Positions 1 through 12,372 of a stretch of DNA of 64,000 bases are shown here, piece by piece. Under the pieces are notes generated by a model, which worked only from the letters and a program-made list of their open reading frames with translations, did not search any database and was not told where the DNA came from. This stretch comes from Chrysomallon squamiferum (taxonomy: Eukaryota; Animalia; Mollusca): assembly GCA_012295275.1 (NCBI GenBank), contig CM022672.1, forward strand, positions 31,558,001-31,622,000, written 5' to 3'. The translations under genes were made by a program, and so were the position numbers. Positions within the stretch are counted from its first letter, which is position 1. Every line of letters begins with the position of its first letter.

Positions 1-287
1 ATATATCTGTGTATGTGTGTCTGTGTGTATATGTGTCTGTCTATGTCTGTGTTTGTGTAAAGTGTGTATTTTGAGGTATAGTTGTATAAGCAGGTCTGAG
101 TCAGATTTGAAAACATATACACGCTTACAAAGATATAATTCAGTTAAATACGACAGTTAAATACTGACATTTTACTAAAACAAGTTAAAACTGAAAACTG
201 TGTTTACCTCTAATGTCTGAAACAGCTGAAAGTTTGTATGAAGTTAAATACTGATATTTTACTAAAACAAGTTAAAACTGTGTTTAC

Positions 288-372
288 CTCTATTCTCTGA
301 AACAGTTCAGCATCCAGTAGAGTCATCTGTTCAGCTATGTCATGTGACTTGAAATGCAGCAAATCAGGCTGA
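288..372 (-). CDS. RAPGEF1: C3G exon 14, CDC25 start (QPDLLHFKSHDIAEQMTLLDAELFQRIE)
   Basis: 85 nt, phase 2 to 0, GAG|gtaaac donor. Canonical RasGEF motif. Confidence 0.95.
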
Positions 373-519
373 CTAAAATACAAAACATCCGAACTTATTT
401 TTAATTTTATATTTAATTCAGTAAAGTACAAGATATAAAAAGTCAAGTTCATAATGATTTGTCTGAAATGCTTCAACAATCTGATTTTTTTTTAATCATT
501 AACAACTTTTCTTCATGAG

Positions 520-574
<55 letters not shown>

Positions 575-591
575 TATTAAATCAGACGTAC

Positions 592-780
592 GCTGAGTTC
601 AGGTTGATTGACTGTATGGGGGCCTGGTTGTTTGCTTCTGACAGAGAATGCTGCCTCTTCTCACACTTCTCAATGAGAATGTTTCTCAAGATACGAGCAA
701 ACGTCAGCTCCCCCTGACTGATGAGGTCAAACACCAAGTCCATCATCCTCTTAACCACTTCATCATCCAGCTCCATACAG
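592..780 (-). CDS. RAPGEF1: C3G exon 13 (CMELDDEVVKRMMDLVFDLISQGELTFARILR...)
   Basis: 189 nt, phase 2 to 2. Human has LMELVFRLVCNGELSLARVLR. Confidence 0.93.
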
Positions 781-1006
781 CTGAAATAAAATAAAATACT
801 TCATCATCTAACTCCATATAAATCTAAAATATCATTTGTCACATGGATAAATAAATAATTATTTTACCCACCATATAACAGCATTAAAAAAAAAAAAAAA
901 TTACAATTTCATTTGTCAACAAATGTTATTTCTCTCTTTCAGCTCATTTACATTAACAATTTTATGAGTAGGAGTATGTGGATGTGAAGATAATATTTTA
1001 TTTTAC

Positions 1007-1075
<69 letters not shown>

Positions 1076-1133
1076 GTAATAATAATAATATAATAATAAT
1101 AATAATAATAGTAATAATAATAATAATAATAAC

Positions 1134-1169
<36 letters not shown>

Positions 1170-1421
1170 TTAAAAAAGCAATACGAAAATAAAATTCAAT
1201 TTCTGTCACACACATTACACAAACATTTTTCCAACCCTCCACCCCAAATCACTCAAGTTTGTCAAGAATTTTTAGAAACTGATACTTTCCTAATAACAAA
1301 GAAATATTTCACACATCAAAAACAAACAAAAATTCCTTGACTGAGGATCAGAGGATCAGAGGATCTATCAGTTGTATAAAAAAAATGAAGATTTCTCGAA
1401 AATTGAAAAAAACTGATTTAC

Positions 1422-1593
1422 CCAAGCTCGTCAATCACTCTGATGAGAAGTGAGAAGGAATTTCTCCCCAGTCGCTTCTTGCTGTCTGTCGCATGCTGGA
1501 ACTTGTAGAATCGGTAAAGAAGCTTCTCTATCAGATCTTTCGGAGAGATGAAGGTTCGGTAAGTGGTGAGAAACGCTTCCTGGTATATAAACT
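1422..1593 (-). CDS. RAPGEF1: C3G exon 12, REM (EFIYQEAFLTTYRTFISPKDLIEKLLYRF...LIRVIDELG)
   Basis: 172 nt, phase 1 to 2. Strong match to the human REM domain. Confidence 0.95.
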
Positions 1594-1780
1594 CTGCAAA
1601 AAATGTGACGAAAAAAAAAAAAAAAAAAAAGGTCTGAAGATGGTGAATTATTTAAATTCAATATTAAAAAAATAATTTAAAAAAATATGAGGGGAACATT
1701 GTGATATTATTTACAATATTAAACAATGAAATTGAAAGATTTATGTGAGTATGTAAGTATATATATATATATATGTCTGT

Positions 1781-1818
<38 letters not shown>

Positions 1819-2396
1819 ATGTGTCTGTGAGCATGTGCATGTGTGTTAATTTATGAAAAGACTGCATGAAAAACGATCTGAATATTATTTTTAATTTAAT
1901 ATAGATACAATTATTCATATTAACATTTTTCTGATAAAAGACTATTATTTAAAAATTGATAAAACACTATAAAGAAATCTGACTTTTCTTTCGTTCATTC
2001 TGGTTTTTAACCTGACAGAAACCAGTAAGAATGTACACGCATGTTAATAATAATAACAAAAAATGGTGCAGACAAAAGATGTGGTAAAACTGATGTTTGA
2101 AGTTAGGGGAAAGACAGATGATGCAAGAATTTGTGTGTGGGAATTTTATATGGATTGTTTCATCACATTTATGTTTTAATTAAGGAATGGGGAAGATAAA
2201 TTAAAATTTGAAAAAAAAAATAAAATAAAATAAATAAATATAATTTAAAAAAATTAATGGATAAATACAGTGGAAATGATTTAATGTTAAATGTGAGGAA
2301 TAAAATTTAACAAAATGTCAGCATGAATTTACAACAGGTAAAATAAATAAAAATTTTAAATTTAAATGCCAGTAACATTAAATCTAAAAAAGTTTT

Positions 2397-2442
<46 letters not shown>

Positions 2443-4108
2443 AAACATATATCTAGATACATACATACATACATACATAGACACATATATATTTATGTAA
2501 CATTTAAGATTTCATTTATTATAATTTTCCTACAATTTATTTATTTATTTATTTTGGAGATTATTTTGAATGTTCTGAGTAAAAAAATATATATATAAAA
2601 AGAAATAGTGCTCTGTTACAGGTTTGGAAATTCAAGGATCAACAAACACAATTTTCTGATTAAATTATTAATAGGGAGAATTAAAAAACTACCAGAGAAA
2701 AAATAAAAATAAAAGACCCAATTAAAACACTGAAAATAACAACAAACATCAAATATCAATGAAATAAAAACCAATAAAAAGCAAAAAAAAAAAAAACTAC
2801 CACAATTTTTTTTTGTATCTTAAGAATAAATAAAATAACTAAACTATATATTCTAACCTAAAAAGCACAATTTGAAGAATAATATATTTTATTTTTTTTT
2901 TTTATCTGTTATTCGAATTATTTTAAAATTGTGTATTGGAGGATGTGTATTAGCCTGTTAGTGTTTTTTACGTTTTATCAAAAACAAAAGAGGACATTCA
3001 AACTTTATAAAAAAAAAAATAAAAGTATAAGAAAATAGAAAAAGTGAGGTTTAATATTGATTTAAAATTTTAGTCTAACATGACAACAGTAAATAAGTAA
3101 TAAGGAAATAAATAAAAAAAATAAATAATTAATAAATAAATAAAAATAACAAAATAATAAAATAAATAAACATAAATAAATAAATAAATAAAACAAAAAT
3201 AAATAAATAACATAAATAAATAAATTAAATAAATAAATAAAAATAAAAAAATAAAAAAAAATAAAATATAAATAAATATATAAATAAATAAAAAAAAAAT
3301 AATAATAAAACAAATAAAAATAAATAAATAAATAAAATTTAATAAAAATAAAAAAATAAAAAAAAATAAAAAAATAAAAAATAAATAAATAAATAAATAT
3401 ATAAATAAATAAATAAAAATAACAAAATAATAAAATAAATAAATAAATAAATAAAAATAACAAAATAACAAAATGAACAATAATTTAAATTTAGTTTCAG
3501 TAAATTTTACAAAAAGTGTTGACCATGCTGCTGTTTTAACAGGAACATCAAAATCAGCGCACTTTTAGTAAAAACTGTTAACACCTACAACAACAACAAC
3601 GATAATAACAAAAATGAAAATAATAATAATAATTAAAATAATAATAACAAAAACAGCAGTCAATCACCTACTTAAAGCATTTTTAAGGAAACTATTAATA
3701 AGATACAACATGATAGAGTCATTTAATAACATACACAGACACACAGACAGACACACATACACACACAGATTCAGAGGAATCATAAAATTTATGTGCTAAG
3801 GATCTTAAGATTTAAAAAAAACAATTATTTAACTGATATACAAAATATTTTATAATCTTCGTTTTTACAAAATGTCTGAACTAATTCCTTCTTTTTATAT
3901 ATTTTTTTTGTTTATATTTTCTAAAATATCTGAAGATAACAGTAGATTTTTTTGTAAGTAAATAGAGGGTGCAGAATTAAAACTGAATGTTACAGAAGAT
4001 CAGTAAATTTTCTTATTAATTATTATTATTACAAACAGAGAGAGAGAAGGAGTGAAACAGAAAGGGAAGGAGAGACAGAAAAAAACAGTCGCACACAGAG
4101 AGAGAAAG

Positions 4109-4163
<55 letters not shown>

Positions 4164-4708
4164 AAAACAAAATAAAAAATTGGTGAATATGCGCATATAT
4201 AAAGTTATATTATTATTGCAGAACAGACAGCATATTTAAATGAAAATATTTATTTAAACCTTATTCGTACTGTTACTAGACAATAATCCTGAATGCTAGA
4301 TAATAAATATAAATATTTTTAAAATAATAAAACAAAAATAACTTTCCTCTATAACTGTTAACAACAATAATAATAAAAGAAAATAATATTAATAACTATT
4401 TATAACTTCATTTTCATCAACATATTATTAAAATTAGTATCAATTTGTCCATGCACGCTACTAAATATCAGCGTTTACTACCTACCACCAAAACAAAAAC
4501 AAAAAAAAAAAAAAAAAAAAATGCTACATTCTACACTGCTGCAAGAACAAACCAAAGAAAATACAACTGTAAAAGCCATGACAACAGGAACAATGACAGA
4601 GATGTAACTGATAACCATGACAACCAGTATGATTAACTGAGAGATAGTAACTTGACTCATGCAGAGAGATTTTTGTTTGTGATGAAGGGGAAGTAACTTT
4701 TGTCTTAC

Positions 4709-4738
4709 CTTCCTGGTTTACAAGGTCACCCTGAGAGC
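4709..4738 (-). CDS. RAPGEF1: Candidate 30-nt cassette micro-exon (GSQGDLVNQE)
   Basis: T9-ccctcctaaaag acceptor, AAG|gtaaga donor, symmetric phase 1-1, open frame. Confidence 0.6.
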
Positions 4739-5314
4739 CTTTTAGGAGGGAAAAAAAAATATATGATAAAATGACATAGTGGAGCATGCATATTTACATC
4801 TTTCCAGATTTGCCTCAGTGAGAAAATCTTCATTTATATCAGAGATGTGTAAAACAAGTAACTAATTATTTTTGTACTAAATATGATTTTTACTCTGAGA
4901 AGTATAAAATAAAAAAAAAAAAACATACACTCAGTGTCTCATTTAAAACTTTCAAATTATTATCATTAATATTCAGTCTTTTTCTCTCAAACACTCTCTC
5001 TCTAAACTTTCTCTATAAATGTATATCTATAATCAGAAATCTCTCTCTCTCTCCCTCTCTTTTTCTCTTTCTAAACTTTCTCTATAAATGTATCTCTATA
5101 ATCCAGAATTTCTCTCTCTCTCCATTCTGTCTCTTCTTAAACTTTTTCTATAAATGTATATCTATAATCAAAAACTCCTCAACATCTGTCTCTGTCTCTA
5201 TCATTTTTCTCTCATGCACACAGACATTTACTTTTTTTCAGACAAAACAATATTTAACAATTAAAATGTAAACCTAACAAAACTTTCTATTCTCTTCTCT
5301 CTCTCTCTCTAACA

Positions 5315-5415
<101 letters not shown>

Positions 5416-5566
5416 ACAAACACACATGAACGTCTAAATATGAACAAAACATTCATGGTGCATAAGCCAGCTACCCTCATGCTTGGAGTGTCTGCATTCT
5501 CTATACAGGGAATTGAACTAGAGAACGTGAGAGACAAAATTTAAACAAAACACTTTTTTTGTTTAC

Positions 5567-5642
5567 CTGATTTTCCTGCAGCTGTTGCATGTACAACAAG
5601 AGGATCAATAAAACCTCCTCGAATATCAGGTCCATCTTCTCC
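5567..5642 (-). CDS. RAPGEF1: C3G exon 11, REM start (GEDGPDIRGGFIDPLVVHATAAGKS)
   Basis: 76 nt, phase 0 to 1. Human has GDDGPDVRGGSGDILLVHAT. Confidence 0.93.
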
Positions 5643-5799
5643 CTGGACAGAGAAAAAAACATTAAAATTTATTTATTCATTTATTTATTTATTTATTCAT
5701 TCATTTATTCATTCATGGCTTTATTGTCTTCTCATCTATATTAAGGGATGTTTTATGCACACACACCTTCCTATCTTCCCTTTATATTTCTGGAGGATT

Positions 5800-5912
5800 T
5801 TAGACCAGTTCATCACTAACTCAGGAAGATGACAAGTTCTGGGAGGATGGAACAAATGATGTTGATTCAAAATGGTGAAAAGTAGTGGAACAAAATTACA
5901 GACATTTGGTCT
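5800..5912 (+). mobile_element. Mariner transposase C-terminal fossil
   Basis: Frameshifted DQF..QEDDKFWEDG.MML..KW*KVVEQN resembles the mariner end motif FWEDGIMKLPEKWQKVVEQNG. Confidence 0.6.
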
Positions 5913-6329
5913 GTTTGTGTGTGTTCTTTTTGTGTGTGCTTGTGTGTAGGTGTTTGTGTGTGTGTGTGTGTGTGATACATGTTAATATATGTATTTGTGT
6001 GTGTGTTGTTGTCTTTTTGTTTTTATGTGTGTTTTAATGTATGTATGTATGTTTGTATGAGTGTGTGTGTGTTGTTGTTGTTGGTTGTGTGTCTGTATGT
6101 GTGTGTCTGTGTGTTCTGTGTCTGTGTCTGTGTGTGTGTCTGTGTCTGTGTGTATCTGTGTCTGTGTCTGTGTGTTACTGTGGCTGTGTGTGTATGTCAG
6201 TGTGTTTGTAAGTTTATATCTGTGTGTGTGTGTGTGTGTATGTGTGTGTGTGTGTTTATGTCTGTGTGTATGGGTGTATTAATTCATAACTAAACAAAAA
6301 ATATATATATATAAAAATAAAAAACTTAC

Positions 6330-6522
6330 AGGTTTTTTCCTGATCAGCTGATCGGAGACGTCGACATCGTCAAGAGGGTTCAGCTCAGCGAAGTCTGAGT
6401 CAGCGTCTTTCTGTATCTGTGGTTTCTCCTCTGGTGTAACAGGAGCAGGAGTCACTTCAGGCACAGCGAGAGGAGCCACAGACAACTGAACCTGCCCAGG
6501 AGCCGACTGTCGTTTGAACTCA
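6330..6522 (-). CDS. RAPGEF1: C3G exon 10 (EFKRQSAPGQ...ELNPLDDVDVSDQLIRKKP)
   Basis: 193 nt, phase 2 to 0, gtaagt donor. Confidence 0.88.
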
Positions 6523-6789
6523 CTGCAATGTTAACACTCTTCATTTCATACACAGCAACAAAACTACTTATAGTTCAAACTCACTGGTACAAAAATATAT
6601 GTGTGTGTTTTGTGTGTGTGTGTGTGTGTGTGTGTCTGTGATAAATTTTAGTATTATTAATTATAATATACAGGTTTATTTTAAATTTAAAATGTTTTAT
6701 AATTACTAAATCTTAAGTTTGTGTGTGTGTATTTGTTTGTGTGTGTGTGTGTGTATGTGTGTGTGTATGTATGAGTGTGTATGTGTGTG

Positions 6790-7244
6790 TTTTTACACAG
6801 ATAAACATCTCACAAAGAGCTGTGTTTCTGTGTATGTATGTGTGTGTATGTGTGTTTTTACACAGATAAACAACAAAAACATGTTTCTCTGTGTGAGCTG
6901 TCTGTTTTACAGATAAACAAACATGTGTGTATGTGTGTTTGTTTTTACACAGATAAACTAGAAATCTCACAAAGTGCTGTGTTTCTCTGTGTGTGTATGT
7001 GTGTGTATATGTGTGTGTGTATATGTGTGTGTATGTGTGTGTTTTACACAGATAAACTGGAAATCTCACAAAGAGCTGTGTTTCTGTGTGTGTATGTGTG
7101 TGTGTGTGTGTGTTTTTACACAGATAAACTGGAAATCTCACAAAGAGCTGTGTTTCTGTGTGTGTATGTGTGTGTGTGTGTTTTAAACAGATAAACTAGA
7201 AATCTCACAAAGAGCTGTGTTTTTGTGTGTGATAAACAACAATC

Positions 7245-7285
<41 letters not shown>

Positions 7286-7402
7286 TTTTACACAGATAAA
7301 CTGGAAATCTCACAAAGAGCTGTGTTTCTGTGTGTTTCTGTGTGTGTGTGTGTGTGTTTTTACACAGATAAACTGGAAATCTCACAAAGAGCTGTGTTTC
7401 TG
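6790..7402. repeat. Composite tandem repeat: C3G exon 9 3' end plus donor plus (GT)n spacer, about 7 copies
   Basis: Recurrent tttttacacagataaactggaaatctcacaaagagctgtgtttctg. Confidence 0.9.
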
Positions 7403-7516
7403 TGCTGGTTCAAACATGCTGCAGGTTTTCTCTCTCACGTCTCCTGTGCTGTTTGATGTCTCAGAATTACTGGAACATGTCGATCCCAGACTCTGCCGGT
7501 TCAAACCTGCGTCAAA
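7386..7516 (-). CDS. RAPGEF1: C3G exon 9 (FDAGLNRQSLGSTCSSNSETS...AQKHSS)
   Basis: ttttgacag acceptor, 131 nt open, TT|gtgaga donor. Phase 0 to 2 is needed to join exons 8 and 10. Confidence 0.8.
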
Positions 7517-8295
7517 CTGTCAAAATTAAAATTTTATTTTTTTGTTAACAAACAGCAAGTCTTTCATGATGGTTTCTCATAGAAACTTTAACAAAAGTAT
7601 GTCTAAAACATATTAAAGTTCACAGTGAATATAAATAAAAAACACAATATTAAAAAACAGAATGCCAGACCATTTATCTGGATTTCAGAAAAACAAAATT
7701 ACCACAAAACCAGCTTTAGAGGAGGAAGTTTCAATTTAGTTTTTTAATTGTTGTGCTTTACTTATCATTGTTTATTTTATATGTATGTATGTTTGTATGT
7801 TTGCATGTATGTATGATTGTATATATATATATATATATACACAATCATTGTCTATTATAGATAGATAGATAGATAAATAGGTAGGTAGGTAGGTAGATAA
7901 AGCAAAAAATAGATAAAGGTAGACAGATACATTATAAATATACAGATATATATATATATATATAGGCAGTGAGACAGAGAGAAATACAGATGGACAGTTA
8001 GACAGATAGCTACATAGGTAGATAGACAGACAGAGACAGAAAATCTTGAAAAATCTTGAAAAATCATGACACACCCAATTCCTAGTTTGCCTAGTAAATG
8101 ATCTAGAACTTGGTTATCACGTTTATGAAAAGAATACATTGAAATCATAACTTCTGCGCAATCTTATCTCAATTTTACAAGAATTAAATTACAAGAAAAA
8201 GAAAAAAAGTTCTTGGATTTGTTCACTAAAAAGGCATTCAAGCTGTTTTATTTTTGAGTTGTGGTCAAAAAAACAATTTTGTTTTCAAACTTTAC

Positions 8296-8549
8296 CCGTT
8301 TAGTTTTGAGAGGCAGAGCTGGAATCTTGGCGAAGCTGTCCGGCGACTCGCTGCTGAACGACGTCTCTGAGCTGAGGTTGGAGATGTCGGAGATGACGCT
8401 GAAGGTGTTGGAGCGCGGGTACATCGGCTGGAACAGCTCCATCTGGTGCTGGTGCCACTGGGCCTCGTAGAAGTTGATGGAGTGACGAGAAATGCACTCG
8501 AGAGAGGAGGGCTGAGTGTACGAGCCGAATGTCCTCATGTAGTCGTGTA
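8296..8549 (-). CDS. RAPGEF1: C3G exon 8 (IHDYMRTFGSYTQP...IPALPLKTKR)
   Basis: 254 nt, phase 1 to 0. Similar to human HMLAYMQLLEDYSEP...PPALPPKQR. Confidence 0.9.
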
Positions 8550-9420
8550 CTGGGAAAACAAACACACAGACAGTTACACAGACAGACAAACAGTCATACA
8601 GACAGACAGATACACAGTTACACAGACAAACAGACACACAGACAGTTACACATACTGACAGTTACATGTACAGACAGTTACATGTACAAACACACAGACA
8701 GTTACATGTACAGACACAGACAGTTACATGTACAGACAGTTACATGTACAAACACACAGACAGTTACAGACAGTTACATGTACAGACAGTTACACATACA
8801 GTTACACGTACAGACAAACACACAGTTACACATACCGACAAACACACAGTTACACAGACAAAGTTACACATAGTTACACGTACAGACAGTTACATGTACA
8901 GTTACACATACAGTTACACATACAGTTACACATACAGACAGTTACACGTACAGACAGTTACACATACAGACAAACACACATACAGTTACACACAAAAACA
9001 CAGACAGTTACACAGACAGAAAAACACAGTTACATGTACAAACACACAGACAGTTACACATACAGACAGTTACACGTACAGACAAACACACATACAGTTG
9101 CACAAACAAACACAAACAGTTACATGAACAGACAAACACAGACAGTTACACATACTGACAGTTACACGTACAGACAGTTACACATACAGACAGTTACATG
9201 TACATACAGTTACACATATAGACAGTTACACGTAAAGACAGTTACACATACATATAATGTACTGGTAAAACAAACACACAGACAGTTACATGTACATACA
9301 GTTACAGACAAACATATAGACAGTTACACATACAGACAAACACACAGACAGTTACACATACATATAATGTACTGGTAACACAAAACACACAGACAGACAC
9401 ATAAACCAGTTACATACAAA
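8550..9420. repeat. Minisatellite based on ACAGACAGTTACA(C/T)
   Basis: Dozens of cagttacac/cagttacat units filling C3G intron 7. Confidence 0.9.
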
Positions 9421-9562
9421 AGAGAAACATACAGACAAACAAACAGAAAAGACAGTGAGAAAGAGACAGAGAAAAAAAGAGACAGAGACAAACAGAAAAC
9501 ATATAAAAAACAGAAAGACAGACAGAGAGAAACAGAGAGAGAAAAAATATAATAAACAAAAC

Positions 9563-9619
<57 letters not shown>

Positions 9620-9704
9620 ACTCAAAATATCCACTGAAAACAGACACACAAACTAACCCACATAAAACACAAAACAACACAAAACCCTGTGTGACAAAAC
9701 GTAC

Positions 9705-10514
9705 TGTGAGCTTTCTTCGGAGGCAGGGGGGGCGGGACTCCCTTGGGCAGACTCTCCATGCTGGAGTGACTGGTGCCGGAGGAGAACGTCTCCGAGCTGG
9801 AGTAGGTCTCCTGCGAGCTGCCGCGCTCCTCCGTGTACACCGTCACCACGCTCGACGACGTCTTCTGCGTGAACACACCCGACGACGAGTGCGACGAGTG
9901 TGAGCTGCTGGTCGACGAGGGGACGAAGCGCGACTCCGCCGCCTTGCTGACCAGCATCGTCCTGCCAGCAGCAGCAGCGCTGCCGCCGACCATGACGACC
10001 AAGCCGGTGGACGTCACAGGGTCGGGGACGAGGTTGTCATACGTGGACAGCATGCGGTGGAAACGCTTCGACGGCAACGGCGGAGGCACGTCCTCGATGC
10101 TCGACGTCAGCTGCTGGATCCGGTCGGTGAGGAGGTTGATCTCGTCGCACGACGACTGCTTCGTCCTGCTGCTGCAGCTGATGCTGCTGTTGCTGCTGCG
10201 CGAGGACTTGAGGAAGAAGTCGCCGGGCTCGCTGCTGCTCCCCCCAGCCAGGTCCTCCTGCGACCGGTTCAGACTGGATCCCGTGCTGCTGGCCGGTGAG
10301 TGGGTGAGCGAGGAGCCACTCACGGGAGTCGCCAGCTCCGAGCTGTACGACCGGTCCATGCAGGGGGGCGTTCATCACCAGGCTGGCGTGGGGGGACTGC
10401 GTCGGGGTGCAGCTGGACGTGCTGCTCGACATGGAGTCGATCAAACTCGGGTGTGACCGGCGGCCTTCCTTCTGGGGCAGGGGTGGGGGGCTGTCTCTCT
10501 CCGCGCGGCTTGAC
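9705..10514 (-). CDS. RAPGEF1: C3G exon 7, large Ser/Pro-rich exon with Crk-SH3-type motifs; +1 frameshift at G6 10363-10368
   Basis: tttcag acceptor (phase 2) and A|gtacgt donor (phase 1). 810 nt is one base too long for those phases. Contains SPPPLPQK, PPPLPSK, STYDN and PPPLPPKK. Confidence 0.9.
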
Positions 10515-10549
10515 CTGAAACATCAACCAGGAACGAAAATTATAGCTTA

Positions 10550-11190
10550 TTGTCAGTTAAACAGGAGCTATGGGGTTAAAAAAGAACTGTCAGTTAAATA
10601 GAAAGTGTTGGTTAAACATAAACTCAGTGTGTATTATAAATAATTTTATTTTAAACAGGAACTTTAAGTTAAACAGGAGATTTTATTTAAATGGTTGTTA
10701 AGGAATAGAAGCATCAAGATAACAAACTGGCATAAATGAAACTGTGTTAAAAGAAACTGTAGGTTAATGCATGGACATCGGTTAAACAAAAACTTTTAAA
10801 ATCTCTGTATAATGTTACAACTATGTTAATGAGGAACTGTTTTTAAAAAAATCCCATTAATCAGGAACTTTCAGTTAAACAGGAACTGTCAGTTGTGCTA
10901 ATTTGTGTTAAATACAATTTTGTTCCTTATTTTTATTTGGTATATTTTATATTTTATATAGGAACCTTAGAAACTGTTTAAGTTTGAAACTGTGTTTGTG
11001 TTTGTGTTTGTGTTAAACAGGAACTGTCAGTTAAAGAGAAACTGTGTGTTAAACATATATATATATATATATAAAAGGAATGTTTGTGCAGAAACTGTCA
11101 GTTATGCAGGAACTGTTTAGTTCCACTAAATTTAATTATATCCTGCCACAGGAATTGTCGGTTAAATAGGAACTGTCGGTTAAGAATAAA
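10550..11190. repeat. Degenerate ~18-bp repeat GTTAAACAGGAACTGTCA
   Basis: Recurrent gttaaacaggaactg motifs. Confidence 0.75.
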
Positions 11191-12162
11191 ACTCCACCAA
11201 CAAGATATAAGAGAAATTCAAACAAATTTAAAGAGGAATTTTACAGAACTATGCATCAACTAACTTTCAGATAATGATCAAACTGTCTTAAACAAAACTA
11301 AAAATTAAAGAAGCCCATTAACTGAGAAGAAAAAAAAAAAAAAAAAAATTAAAAGTTAATTAGGAAAAATGTTCTGTAATATTTCTTGTACCTGCGGTTA
11401 AAAGTCACGGTTAAACAAATTAATAAACTCAACAACATAAACAATTTTATTTTTATTTTTAATGGAATTTTTTTGAATTTTATTTAAATGGTTGTTATGA
11501 AAAAAAACATATCACATAATGTTAAATATAAATAAATTGACCTAGGGATAAAGAATGGCATGGGGGACATATCTTACAAAAAACTGGGGGCTCTCTGTAT
11601 AATGTTGAACCATGTCTGGTTTTTAAAATTTATCTAGCTTTCATAAACTAGAGATCACAGATGTGTTAATTTGTGTTAAATACAATTTTGTTCCTTTTTT
11701 TTATTTGGTATATTTATATTTTAAATGTTAGGGACTTCTGCCTTTAAGTTTGTGTGTGTGTGATGTATGTATTACAGTTTAGTTCCACTAAATTCTGATT
11801 ATATCCTGCCACAATATTGCTAGACAAATGGGCTGGTACCTTAATGCTTAGAATAAAACTCCACCAATAAGATATAAGAAAAAACAAATTTAATTTTTTT
11901 ATTTTACAGCTATGCATCAACTACCTTTCAGATAAAGATCAAACCTTGAAAAAAAAAAAAAAAAATTAAAGCCCATTAACTGAGAACAAAAAAAATACAA
12001 TTAAAAATTAATTAGAAAATACTCATGTACACATATATACACACAGATGAAGTCACACATAAATTAACAACAAACAACAACAACAACAACACACATCAGT
12101 AATGAAACAATGAATGTTAAATGAGACTGTATCACACACAGTTAAATATAAATAATTGTTAC

Positions 12163-12372
12163 CAGGGACACAGAATGGCCACAGGGAGGGGGGGCTTACA
12201 TACAAACATCTGAAGACATCTGAAGATTGTCTGGTTGCTGATGCTATACTGGACTTGAGATACACACATGTAACACACACATACACACACACAGATACAC
12301 TGGTTTGTTTGAGGATCTCACATGTACACATATATACAGTCAGTGGGATCTGGCAGGGACTGTCTGCCTCCA
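12163..12372 (-). CDS. RAPGEF1: C3G exon 6, scrambled in this sequence (GGRQSLPD / IPLT..EILKQTS / SSIASATRQSSD / SPP)
   Basis: tttcag acceptor and G|gtaaca donor 210 nt apart. Peptide fragments resemble human ELPLTDREVEILNKT but lie in different frames, with TG/TA-repeat patches and an in-frame stop. Confidence 0.55.

Noticed and set aside
9691-10601. Plus-strand ORFs of 60-207 aa
   Set aside because: They are antisense shadows of the GC-rich C3G exon 7.
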